A DNA stretch of 64,000 nucleotides from the human T2T-CHM13v2.0 reference genome, Homo sapiens. Positions 1 through 12,835 of the stretch are shown here, one piece after another (positions within the stretch are counted from its first letter, which is position 1; each line of letters starts with the position of its first letter). A program made the translations under genes and the position numbers. Under the pieces are notes generated by a model. That model made no database searches. It was given only the letters and a program-made list of their open reading frames with translations, and was not told the origin of the DNA. The stretch lies in NCBI RefSeq assembly GCF_009914755.1, contig NC_060935.1. The stretch is one strand, 5' to 3'.

Positions 1-644
1 TGCTCCCACTGCCCCTGGGACCAGGCAGCTCTGTGCCTCTGAAACCATGCATGGCTCCCGGTGAAGCAGTGCCCACAGGTGGACCCTGACCTCATGCCCT
101 GTCCCCTGGGAGTCGCAGTGGCCACATCCTCAGGGGAAGAAGCAGATACCAGGGAGCCTGGCTGTTTATCCTGGGGAGGGGCAGGCAGGGACTCACAGCC
201 TGCATTGAGTTTGCTTCCCCTCCACAGGTCTCCCGTGGAGAGCAGCCCAGACCCGGCCACACTCAGTGAGGAGGAAGTGCGCCTCCTGCTGGCTGCACTG
301 GTGCAGGACTATGTGCAGATGAAGGCCAGTGAGCTGGAGCAGGAGCAGGAGACAGAGCTCCAGGTGAGGCTCCCCAAGCGCCCAGAACAGGGCCTCCTTT
401 CCCCGCAGCATACCAAGAAGGCGGATCCCAAGAGGTAGGAGAGAGCACACTGGCAAGGGGTCCAGCAAGCTGATTTGTTCAGGAGGACTTGGAGCCCAGC
501 CTTTCTCAGGCTCCAGGGGAGACAGAGGTCCCAGTGCAGCTGGAAGGACTGTGGTTAGACACAATAAAAAGCTCCGTTTTTGAAAGCTGTTAGGAAGTGA
601 AATGCGAAGATGTGGAATCGCTCACTGTGAGAATTGCTCTTGCA
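1..644 (+). pseudogene. CALCP1: Calcitonin pseudogene (CALCP/CALC3): end of intron 2, exon-3 homologue (228-363) and start of intron 3; no exon 4/5/6 homologue follows
   Basis: Acceptor TCCACAG|G at 227/228 and donor CCAG|GTGAG at 363/364. Translation [43 protein letters not shown] matches the CALCA exon 3 in this window. The exon is 136 nt versus 141 nt (3-nt in-frame gap plus a 2-nt frameshifting gap). Homology to the reverse complement of 62010-62580 runs from about 80 to 644 and then stops. Confidence 0.9.
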
Positions 645-689
645 ACAATAGCTCTCATTAGATGGGATAATTGTGAAATACATGTACTT

Positions 690-885
690 TGTTTAGTGCT
701 GACTATGAGCTGGTTACAGTTGTAAATAGTTGACTGATGATTTTGATCCTCACAACAATCTGTGAGGAAACTAAAACAAGTATGGTTAAGTAATTTGTTA
801 AAAGTCATAAACTAGTAAATGGTAAAGCTGAGCTTTAAAATCCGGGTAGTTTGGCTCCACACTCCATTTTCTTAACTAGTGTTTC
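690..885 (-). mobile_element. MIR SINE fragment
   Basis: Degenerate reverse MIR core (TCCTCACAACAA..GTGAGG..GTTAAGTAATTTG..CTAGTAAATGG..AGCTG). Confidence 0.6.
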
Positions 886-1079
886 TACTGCTTCTAGTTA
901 GTGAGTGTGTGAAGACCTAGCATGGGGGCTGGAATACAGTAGGTGCCCTAATGTGTTAGGAGGTTTTAGACTTGCTGTTTCTTACACTTTCTCCTTCCGT
1001 TTCAGTCAGTTCGATTTCTGATGGCTGGTTCTCCCCATTCCTTCCCTTGTGGAGAGTAGATCTCAGGTAGAGCAGCTGA

Positions 1080-1098
1080 TCACCAGCAGATGGCAACA
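1080..1098 (+). promoter_or_regulatory. Candidate CTCF site
   Basis: TCACCAGCAGATGGCAACA matches the CTCF core CCASYAGRKGGCR; motif match only. Confidence 0.45.
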
Positions 1099-1364
1099 AA
1101 GACTGTCCAGATAAGAGCTAAGAGCTCTTTACAATGTGATGAATTAGTAGTTCATTTGTAAAAAAGAAAACTGAAATAGAACTCATGGAAATGTTTCTCA
1201 TTTCTGAATAACCAAATACACAGGAAACTAAGTAAAATCCTTAGGCTTAATTGATGTTGAAATGCCCTGAGAACATTTGTTGACATCCAGAGTGATATTG
1301 AAAAGAACTGATTGAGGATAGTGAACATCTTCATTGTGTTTGTAAACTCAGGAGGAATGCTCAT

Positions 1365-3520
<2,156 letters not shown>

Positions 3521-5169
3521 TTTTCTTTTGTACAAACTAAGTGTTTTGTTCATTTTTTCAGTCTTTCTTTTCCTTTCTTTCTTTTTGCTTTTCCTTAATT
3601 GTAGTAGTGACTTTGTCAAAACTTGCCAAACTATAAATTTAAATGCATTTAATTTTATGTAAATTATACATCAATAAAGTTGATTTTAAGAAAAGATAAT
3701 AAAAGAATAAAATAGAATACATAAAGGAAAGGAAGAAAATTTAAATTTCTTTCATATGTTTAATTAAAAATATATCCCTTTCCATTATCTATTTCTCTTT
3801 ATACACTCTCCATTGTGTTTATTCACTAATGTATTACTTCTACTTTAATGTCCATTTCCAAAATATTTTTTCTTTTATTTCTAATGCTTTCCTTGGTTTT
3901 GTAAGCTCCATTTTCATATCTTCCTGCTCTCTTTTCTCCAATAATATTATTTCTGAGTTATTTTGATCCTAATTTAAGTTGTTCTTTTGATCCTAATTTA
4001 TATTGCTCTTTTGAAACTTTTATTATTTTCTTAATTTCTTTTACCTTGTTTGTTTAGAATATTAGCATATAGTTTTTCCTATTTTGTGGGCATGTCTTTC
4101 TGGCTTGTTTTCATTGCTTGCAAGAATATTTTTCTGATAATAATTTTGAGGTTTCACTAATTTTATTTCTGTTGCTTGTATTTTAGTAAGACAAGTTTTC
4201 CTGTACTAGAAGGGAAGACAGCCGGTGTAGCTTTCCTAGCCTAAAGGTTCTAGAGCATCTTCTTCTGCAGTTTATTTGAAGTGTTAAAAAATACTGTGCT
4301 CTCTGAAATGGGCTGACTCTTCTTTCCTTTTCTTTGCTCCTTTTGTTCCTGCTCAGTACAGGGGCTTTGTCCTATAACTAAGATTTGGGCCCGGAATCCA
4401 GATCACCCCAGCATTCTCTGACTTAATATTGTCCCCTTGCACTCCCTTGCAAATTTTAGTCTACAAAGCTCCTCCCAGTTTTGATTGATATTTTCCGGAA
4501 GAATATACCTGCAATACATATAAAAACAAAGCATTCCTAGTAATATCCAAGTCATATATAATAAATAAGGAAAAGAAGACTACCCAATAGAATAATGTAT
4601 ACAGGTTACAAACAGGCAATCTATAAAGGAGGAAACCTGAATGTGAGATAAACATATGGAAGGGTGCTTCATCTCACACATAGTTGGAAATGCTTAATCT
4701 CACCCATGATTGGAAACATATGGAAAGGTGCTTCATCTCACTCATAATTGGAAATAGAGTTTCATCTGATTTAGCACTAAAAACATTATAATTATCTCAT
4801 ATAATAATTACCCAATTAAAAAAAGGAATCAAATCTTGGCTTCTTTTAAAATAATTCTGAAAAAAGAAAGCCGGAAAATAAATCTGATGACAAGAGAAAA
4901 TTGCATCTCTAGTGCTCTTTCTCTCTCTCTGATTTCTGGGCCCTTGCTTATACTATTCCCACATCTCAGAATATTCTTTATCCATCTTTTAATCTAGCTA
5001 ATTCCTACTCATCCTTCAGCTTTTATTTTAACTATCATCTCTTTCAGGAAACATCTTACTACCTTAGCTAAGATAAATGCCCTTACTATCTTATAAGATA
5101 CGTAAAAGATGTATGTCCTTGGCATTTTATACTACCATAGCATTTTCCAAATATAAAAAAATACAAAAA

Positions 5170-6066
5170 TGATGTCAGTTTTATACATTACCTTGGCTAG
5201 GCTATAGTACCCAGTTATTTAATCAAACACAAATCTAGATCTTTCTGTGAAAGTATTTTGTAGATGTGATTAACTTGTATAATCAGTTGACTATGTAAAA
5301 GAGACTATTTTCCATAAGCTGAGTGGGCTTGATTCAAGTACAGCCGTCCCTTGAAATCCATGGGAGATGTGTTCCAGGACCCCTAGTGAATACTAAAATC
5401 CATGGATGCTGCAAGTCCCTGATATAGAATGACATAGCATTTGCATATAACCTATGCATATACTCCCATATACTTTAGATAATCTCTAGATCACTTATAA
5501 TGTCTAATACAATGTAAATGCTGTGTAAATAGTTGTTACACTCTATAGTGTAGGGAATAATGACAGGGAAAAAAGTCTGTACATGTTCAGTAGAGCTGCA
5601 ATATTTTTCCCAAATATTTTCAACCTGCTGTTGGTTGAATTGATGGATATGGAACCCAGGGATACGAAGGACTGACTGTAGTTGAAAGGCTTTAAAAGCA
5701 GAACTGAAGTTTGCCTGAGGAAGAAGAAATTTCACCTTTGTACTGTAGTTTCAGTTCTTGCCGGAGAGTTTCCAGATTTCTCCTCCTGATGGCCTGTTCT
5801 GTGGATTTTGGATTTGCCAAGGCAGCCCTCACAATCCGGTAAGCCAATTCCTTGCTGTAAATCTCTTTATATCCATATATATGGATATGTCCATTTATAG
5901 CTATATATACATACATATACACATATACATATATATATATGCATGACAGAGCCTGTAGAATAAATAAAATATTCTAAAATTATCTAAATAAAATTATATA
6001 TTATATATGCTTTAATTTTATTTATTCTACTGGTTCTCTGTCTCTGATGGAACCCTATCTGATACA
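5170..6066 (+). mobile_element. MLT2 (MLT2D-like) ERVL LTR carrying a MER2 insertion
   Basis: GGCTAGGCTATAGTACCCAGTTATTTAATCAAACAC start; resumes after MER2 at GTTGAAAGGCTTTAAAAGCAGAACTGAAG; ends GAACCCTATCTGATACA. Confidence 0.75.
5341..5678. mobile_element. MER2 (TcMar-Tigger non-autonomous DNA transposon)
   Basis: TIRs CAGCCGTCCCTT / AAGGACTGACTG, TA target duplication (5339-5340 and 5679-5680), 338 bp. Confidence 0.85.
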
Positions 6067-6934
6067 ATTACTATACCAGATTATATAATTACCTATTTTC
6101 TTTCACATCAGACAGTAAATACCATTAAAGCAGAAATGCTGTCTTGTTGATCTTTGTATTTCTAGTGCTTAGAATATACTATATGCTCTAGCTGACCTTC
6201 TGGAAAAAAAAGGAATATAGTATATGCTCAAAAAAAATGTTGAATAACAAATCAATTTCCTACTGAGATTGAAGAATATAAGTGGCCTAATATGAAAAAT
6301 CCTCAATATAGCTGTGGGAGACCCTGCTTAGTGCACTATAGGATTGGAGAAGGAATGGGCTAAGAGACTGCTAGATGCTTCTAGTAAGTTCTTTGGAATA
6401 CCAGATAGTAACAATTCACTCCTTAGAGAAATCATCCATTTGGTAAGTCACTAGAATATCCATTAAGTTTTCACAGTTGTCACAAACATTGAAAAAAGTA
6501 AGCTGATTCTAGGAGTTAGTAATTTCTGTACTAAAAAAGAAGGTCCAACAGAATACTACTTGCATAGTTTAGTGGCAATAAACTTTGATATTTAAAGGAA
6601 ATGTAAATGTTAATATATCAAGTGGCCCATAATTGCATACTCTAGGAGTCTGATTCCATTTTTAAATTTCAGTGAAAACATGAAAACAGAATTTCAACTG
6701 ATTCAGCACAAAAGATTACAATAACCTAATATGATCATTGGAAAAGAATGAATCAGAATCTTGGCTTCTATTGAAGAACAGACATTACCTTGTAGGTATC
6801 CCCCGCCACAAAAAAGCCAGAAAAAATCTGATGACAATAGAGAATGACGTAAAAAATTTTTTAATGCTAAAGATTGAACTGTAAAAAACTCTCCTGAATT
6901 GTGCCCTAAACCTATGTGTTCCAAAAAAAGTTTG

Positions 6935-7090
6935 AAGGCTTATTCCATCTGCATCATCTGGGTACTTGTAAAGACATATACATATCCCCAGGCTCCATCC
7001 TATGCCAACCAAATCACCAGGGGTCAGGTCTGAGTATTAAATATTTACCAGGAGATTCTGACGCACAACGACTTTTGGGAAGTAGCACTC
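6935..7090. mobile_element. MER5-type hAT-Charlie fragment
   Basis: CTGCATCATCTGGG..CTTGTAAAGA..CCCAGGCTCCATCC..CCAGGAGATTCTGA pattern. Confidence 0.5.
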
Positions 7091-7824
7091 AACTGTCAGT
7101 GCTTATGTCATATCCTTTCTTTCCTTCATCTCATTGGTCAAGGTCAGGTTTCTGCAGGAAGCTCTCTGTGTTTTTTTTTTTTTACCTGCTGGCAAATTTC
7201 TGCGGTTCCTTTTGTTTACTAACTCCCTTATCTTAATATGGCATTTAATCAGAGTATGTTAGTTTATGAAACCATGAAATTGGGTTTGGAAAATAGTGGA
7301 GAAAAGTAAAACAATATTTAATTTCTTCCCATATTGGATCTTTAGATCCTGCTTTGCTACATTAGTTCAGGCATTCTCTCACATAGAACAACAGGCATAT
7401 TAATATTCAAATGCAAATCTGAATGTAACCCACATCACTGGCAAGAAAGATCCTAGCATGTAGTTTCCTGGGAAGATATCATAGCTCACTTGGATTAAAC
7501 AACAGCTAAGGATTTTCCAACTGATAAGCTTGATATAATAAAGTTCCTGACCTAATGCTTTAGGTTTAATTAACAGTACCACTTTAGGCTTAGAACAAAG
7601 GTCTAATCCTCAGGATCCAAAGTTCAAATCCCAGTTGTACTATTAAATGGGATTTTAGGAAATTTGCTTCACTTTTTCACATCTAGATTTTCTGATTAGT
7701 AAAATGAAGATACAGTATGTCATACTGAAACAATAACAATAGCTAATAGTCATTAGACGCTATGCTAAATGGAAGGCAAGTGGGAAAACAAAATGAATTG
7801 TTTCTCATCCATTGAAGAAATATT

Positions 7825-8180
7825 GGCAAGGTGTGGTGCCTCATGCCTGTAATCCCAGTGCTTTGGGAGGCTGAAGGAGGAAATTGTTTGAGGCCAGGAT
7901 TTCGAGACCAGCCTGGTCAACATAGCAAGACCCCTGTCTTAACAAAAAATATATACAAAATTAACCTGATTTGGTGTGGGCACTTGTAGTTCCAGCTACT
8001 CAGGAGGTTGAGGTGGGAGGAAGTATTGGATCACCTGAGGCCACTGCACTCCAGCCTGGGTGACAGAGCAAGATGCAAGACCCTGTCTCTTAAAAAAAAT
8101 AAAAAGAAAGAAGGAAGGAAGGAAGGAAGGAAAGAAAGAAGACATGAAAGCAAAAGAAAAGAAAAGAAAAAAGAGAGAAA
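7825..8180 (+). mobile_element. AluJ-like element with A/GGAA/GAAA-rich tail
   Basis: GGCAAGGTGTGGTGCCTCATGCCTGTAATCCCAG...CTCCAGCCTGGGTGACAGAG; tail contains (GGAA)5 at 8113-8132. Confidence 0.9.
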
Positions 8181-8394
8181 TTGGAGACCATGCAACTACC
8201 ACAACTTTTAGTCATCGTACGGATTAGCCTGATGAGTATATCCACAGGAAAAAATGTGTAGTTCTGGTAAAATATTTTTTTTCAGAATCAGATAAAAGGA
8301 AAACAATAAAATGTGGATATCCTTGTTTTAAAAAATCAACAATATCATTATATTGAGATCTATCTATCTGGATCAAAGAAGGTATTTTTTGGCT

Positions 8395-8917
8395 GTGGCA
8401 GATTGCATTTTTCCAGTAGTGGCTGCAATAATATTTCCCATCCTGCAAGTTTTTTGAGAACCTTGACAAATTCTCATCAACTGACTGAGTTTATATTCTC
8501 TCCTCTTGAACTTGCATAGACCTTTGTGACTAGTTCAATTAATGCACTATGAGACTTCTGAGGCTAGGTCACTAAAGACAGTATAGCTTCTGCCTAGCTC
8601 TGTCTTTCAGAATTCTTGCCCTTGGAATCCAAGTATCATTCCATGAGGAAGCCCAAGCCACATGGAGAGACTCGTTCAGAAAGAAACCAAGTTTCCTAGC
8701 CCTCCACTCCAGCTGACTTTCCAACTGATCACCAGGACCAACCAGTTGAATGAGCCTTCTTGGAAGTGGATTTTCTGGCCCTTAGCCAAGGCAGATACAA
8801 GCATTTCCCACCAAGCCCTGCCCAAGTTGCAGATTTCTGAGCTAGAGGAATGATTGTTTTGTTTTATGCCACATAGTTGAAGAGTGGTATGTTATGTAGC
8901 AAAAGATTACCAGAACA
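8395..8917 (+). mobile_element. MLT1 (F/G-like) MaLR LTR
   Basis: TGTGGCAGATTG...GACTTCTGAGGCTAGGTCA...GAAGCCCAAGCCACATGGAGAG...GTTATGTAGCAAAAGATTACCAGAACA. Confidence 0.7.
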
Positions 8918-9075
8918 TTGCCTAATTTTCTAGAGCATGTATACATTAATACCACATGTCAGCATTTCTTTAATTACCCCATGGAGTGTTAGGATGGAGT
9001 AACTGGGCATCCAATTCAACTGCAGAATGTTATTCAGAGCAGTGCTAGAACTCCTGCTTGAAATTTATATAGCGG

Positions 9076-9470
9076 GTATGTTAGTATTTTTGTGTGGCTA
9101 TAACAAACTACCACAGACTGGGTAACTTTAAAACAATAGGAATTTATTTCTCACAGTTCTGGAGGTCGGAAAGTCCAAGATCAAGGCAACTGCATGTTTG
9201 GTGTTTGGTGAGGGCTGCTCTCTGCTTCCAAGATGACACCTTGTTGCTGCATCCTCCACAAGGGACAAACTGTATCTTCACATGATGGAAGGGAGGGAAG
9301 GGATGATCTGGTGCTCTCAAGCCAGTTCTTTTATAAGGCATTGATCTATTCATAAGGGCAGAGCCCTCATGGCCTAAACACTTCCTAAAGATCCCATCTT
9401 TTAATGCTTACACTGGGGATTTAGTTTCAACATAAATTTTGGAGGGGACATAAACATTCAAACCATTGCA
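9076..9470 (-). mobile_element. MLT1A/MST-type MaLR LTR
   Basis: GCTATAACAAACTACCACAGACTGGGTAACTT...TTTATTTCTCACAGTTCTGGAGG...GGGGACATAAACATTCAAACCATTGCA. Confidence 0.8.
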
Positions 9471-10195
9471 GTGGGTACATTTTCTTAAGTTGGAAAAAAA
9501 TTTGTAGATGAATGTTAATTACAGTCCTATTTTTAATATCAAGAAAGAAAGACAAAGAAGGAAATGAAAATGGAAACTAAGTGATCACTAATAGGTGAAA
9601 AAGATATGGTATATCTATACAAGGAATGCTATACAGGCGCTAAAAAGAAGACAAAGATGTAAATGTACTGACCTACATTTTATGGGAAAAACACAAAATG
9701 ACATGTATAGGAAGATCCCATTTGTGGTAAAATATATAAAAGATATTCCATTTATGTAGTTGTATAAGGAGAAAGATTTCTGGAAGGAGACGAGTAATGA
9801 TACTTTTGGGGTATGGGAATGTGGAATTGAATTGGGAAATAGGAACTTATATTTCCTTTTCTATATTATCTGTATTTTTCAATTTCTTTATTTGAGTATA
9901 GGTTTTATAATAAAAAATGCTTTTTAAATGCATCAAAATTGTACAGATTTCCTATAAACTATCAGAATTAACTTTAAAAAGGAAAAAGATACCCTGAGGG
10001 GCATCTGGAAATATTAGATATGCATTTGACCTCTCTGGATGATCATATTTGTGTATGACAGCTGTCCCACACAGAGCTATGCACTCCAATGCGTTTGATG
10101 TCAGGCAGCCATGGATTTAATCTGGAATAGTAAAACTCTTTAAGAAAAAGTAAGCAATTTGATCAAGGCTGTTCCACCATAAGAATCTGAAGTAC

Positions 10196-10610
<415 letters not shown>

Positions 10611-11444
10611 CTAAAATAAAATACATTGTCATAGTAACTGGGACAACCCTATATGTTACAGAGAGGAACAGTGTTGGGTATGACCCCATGGTCATTTACT
10701 TTACCCAACATTTTAGGACTCTCATATCAGTTCACTGGTGAATTGCTGGAGCTAAGGGTAAAAGTACTCTGATTTTCTAAACACACGTCAGCTAAGCATT
10801 AGGTTAGGTGGCCAGGGTGGAGATAGGTGGTGAGAAAAAGCAGTAATAAAGAATGAAATTTGCCTTATTGTAACTCAGATGGAAATACCATTGATAATTA
10901 ATTATTTGTAATATTATCAAAACAAGCATCTCAGTATAGCTTTGATGTTTTCATGTTATTATATTATGTTTCATGATAGGAAAGTTTTGATTTGAGATTA
11001 AACAATCACTATGAAGAAACTTTCATGAAAAATAAAAGCCAAAGCAGGGAGCATGCTAACAATTATCCCCAAACCAGTAATCAATGAAATAGACAGAAAG
11101 CCACAGTGTTCAATTAGCCTTATGCAATCTCAAGATATTAAACTTTCAGTGCATCCAATCTTCCTGCTCCCCCGATCTGAGCTCCAAGAGCATGCATTCG
11201 TATGGTTGACAAGCCTGTGTTAAGCCCCCTGTGCCACGTATTTTGCCTGACATTAAGGACAGAGAGGTAAAGGATGCTCTCCTTGCCCTCTGAGAGCTTG
11301 AACTCATATCATTATGTGGTTCATATCAAGTTATGTTATGGCTTGTAGTAAATATGTCTTATAGAAAGGCTTGGGTCTTACTCATATTTGTTCACTGTCT
11401 CTACCACAGTTATCAACTGTAACCACAGCAAAAGGTTTAAATAC

Positions 11445-11865
11445 TGATATGGTTTAGATTTGTATCCCTGCCCAAAACTCATGTTGAATTGTAATACCCA
11501 GTGTTGGTGGTAGGACCTGGTGGGAGGTGATTGGATCATTGGATCATGGGGGCAGTTACTCATGAATGGTTTAACACCATCCGCCTTGGTACTGTTGTCA
11601 CAACAGTGAATGAGTTCTCATGACATCTAGTTGTTTAAAAGCATGTAGCACTTCCTTCCCCTCTCTCTTGCTCCTGCTCTCACCATGTGAGATGCCTTAC
11701 CCTTTGCCTTCTGCCATGATTGGAAGCTTCCTGAGGCCTCCCCCGAAGCAGAAGCTGCTATGCTTCCTGTAATGCCTGCAGAACCGTGAGCTAATTAAAC
11801 CCCTTTTCTTATAATTACCAAGTTTTAGGTATTTCTTTATAGCAAGGCAAAAATGGACTAATACA
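11445..11865 (+). mobile_element. MSTA solo LTR (MaLR)
   Basis: TGATATGGTTTAGATTTG...CATGAATGGTTTAACACCATCC...GGACTAATACA with TG...CA termini. Confidence 0.88.
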
Positions 11866-12139
11866 AATGGTAATTTTCTTTCCAAAATATGGTCAGGGAA
11901 TAAAAAGAAAAATGAGAATAGATGAAAAAGAATCAGAATTGTTGGACAAAAGAAGGCACTGATGTTTCCTGATTGCCTGCCACATGCCAAACTTTGTGCT
12001 AGGGGTTTTGTATGTGTTCTTTTGTTGAATCCTTCTTCCAATCCTGTGAGGCAGAAAGGAAGCTAAGACTTATAGAAGCTTTACAGAGGTCTAACATCTT
12101 CATTTGTTCTCTTCCATTCTCCCCATTGCAGCTGGGTTG

Positions 12140-12835
12140 TCTGGTCTGATCATTGATTTAACAGCCATCCATAGTTCACCATTACCCTGGGAATAAAGTT
12201 CAAAACGCTACACTGACTTTTAAGGAGCAATGGGACCTGGTACTTTCCTACGTCTCCAGCCTCATTTCTTGCCTTGCTTTCTCTTGCTCTCTTCTCTGTA
12301 GACATAGAACATTTACTTCAGTTTCTTGAGCACATTATGCCCTCTTTCATATCCTGGCCTTCCCACAGGCTGTTTTCTCTGCTTGGAATGCTTTTCCTTC
12401 CTGTCTTCTCAATAATGTTGAATGAATGAATAAATGAAAGGATACTGGAGAGAGTAAGGGTAGGAACCTGTTCAGGGGAAAGACTAGGCATAGATAAAGG
12501 GATTAGAGAGTTAATCATAAACCTGTGATAATAGACGCATTCTTTAAGGTTTAAGCTGGTCAAAGATGACCAGATCTTGGTTTCTTCTCTTTTATTAGCT
12601 GCTTCTCCTCCTTCGAACCTCACCATTGGTGCCACTTCCTCTAGGAAGCTTCTCTCACCCCCACAATGGTTAAATCCTCTTGCTGTATGCCCCACAGCTC
12701 TATGTATTTTTTGTCTATAACGCTTATCACAACAGACTAAAGCTGCTTGAGGACAGGGCCTTGTCTTTCTTGTTTGCTTCTCTATCCCCAGCACAGAGCA
12801 GTTGTTCTAAATATATTTGATCATTTGAATTATGA
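12140..12835 (+). mobile_element. L2 3' region, interrupted at about 12411-12600
   Basis: CAGGCTGTTTTCTCTGCTTGGAATG, then after the interruption CCACTTCCTCTAGGAAGCTTCTCT...GAGGACAGGGCCTTGTCT...ATCCCCAGCAC. Confidence 0.6.

Larger units (their letters stand above)
4960..6250 (+). mobile_element. L2 3' fragment split by the MLT2 LTR (pieces about 4960-5150 and 6070-6250)
   Basis: CTAATTCCTACTCATCCTTCAG... before the LTR and ...TCTAGTGCTTAGAATA...TGTTGAATAA after it. Confidence 0.5.

Noticed and set aside
3961-4012. 24-bp tandem duplication (similar 14-bp ones at about 15994-16020 and 21341-21368)
   Set aside because: Ordinary slippage duplications with no further structure.
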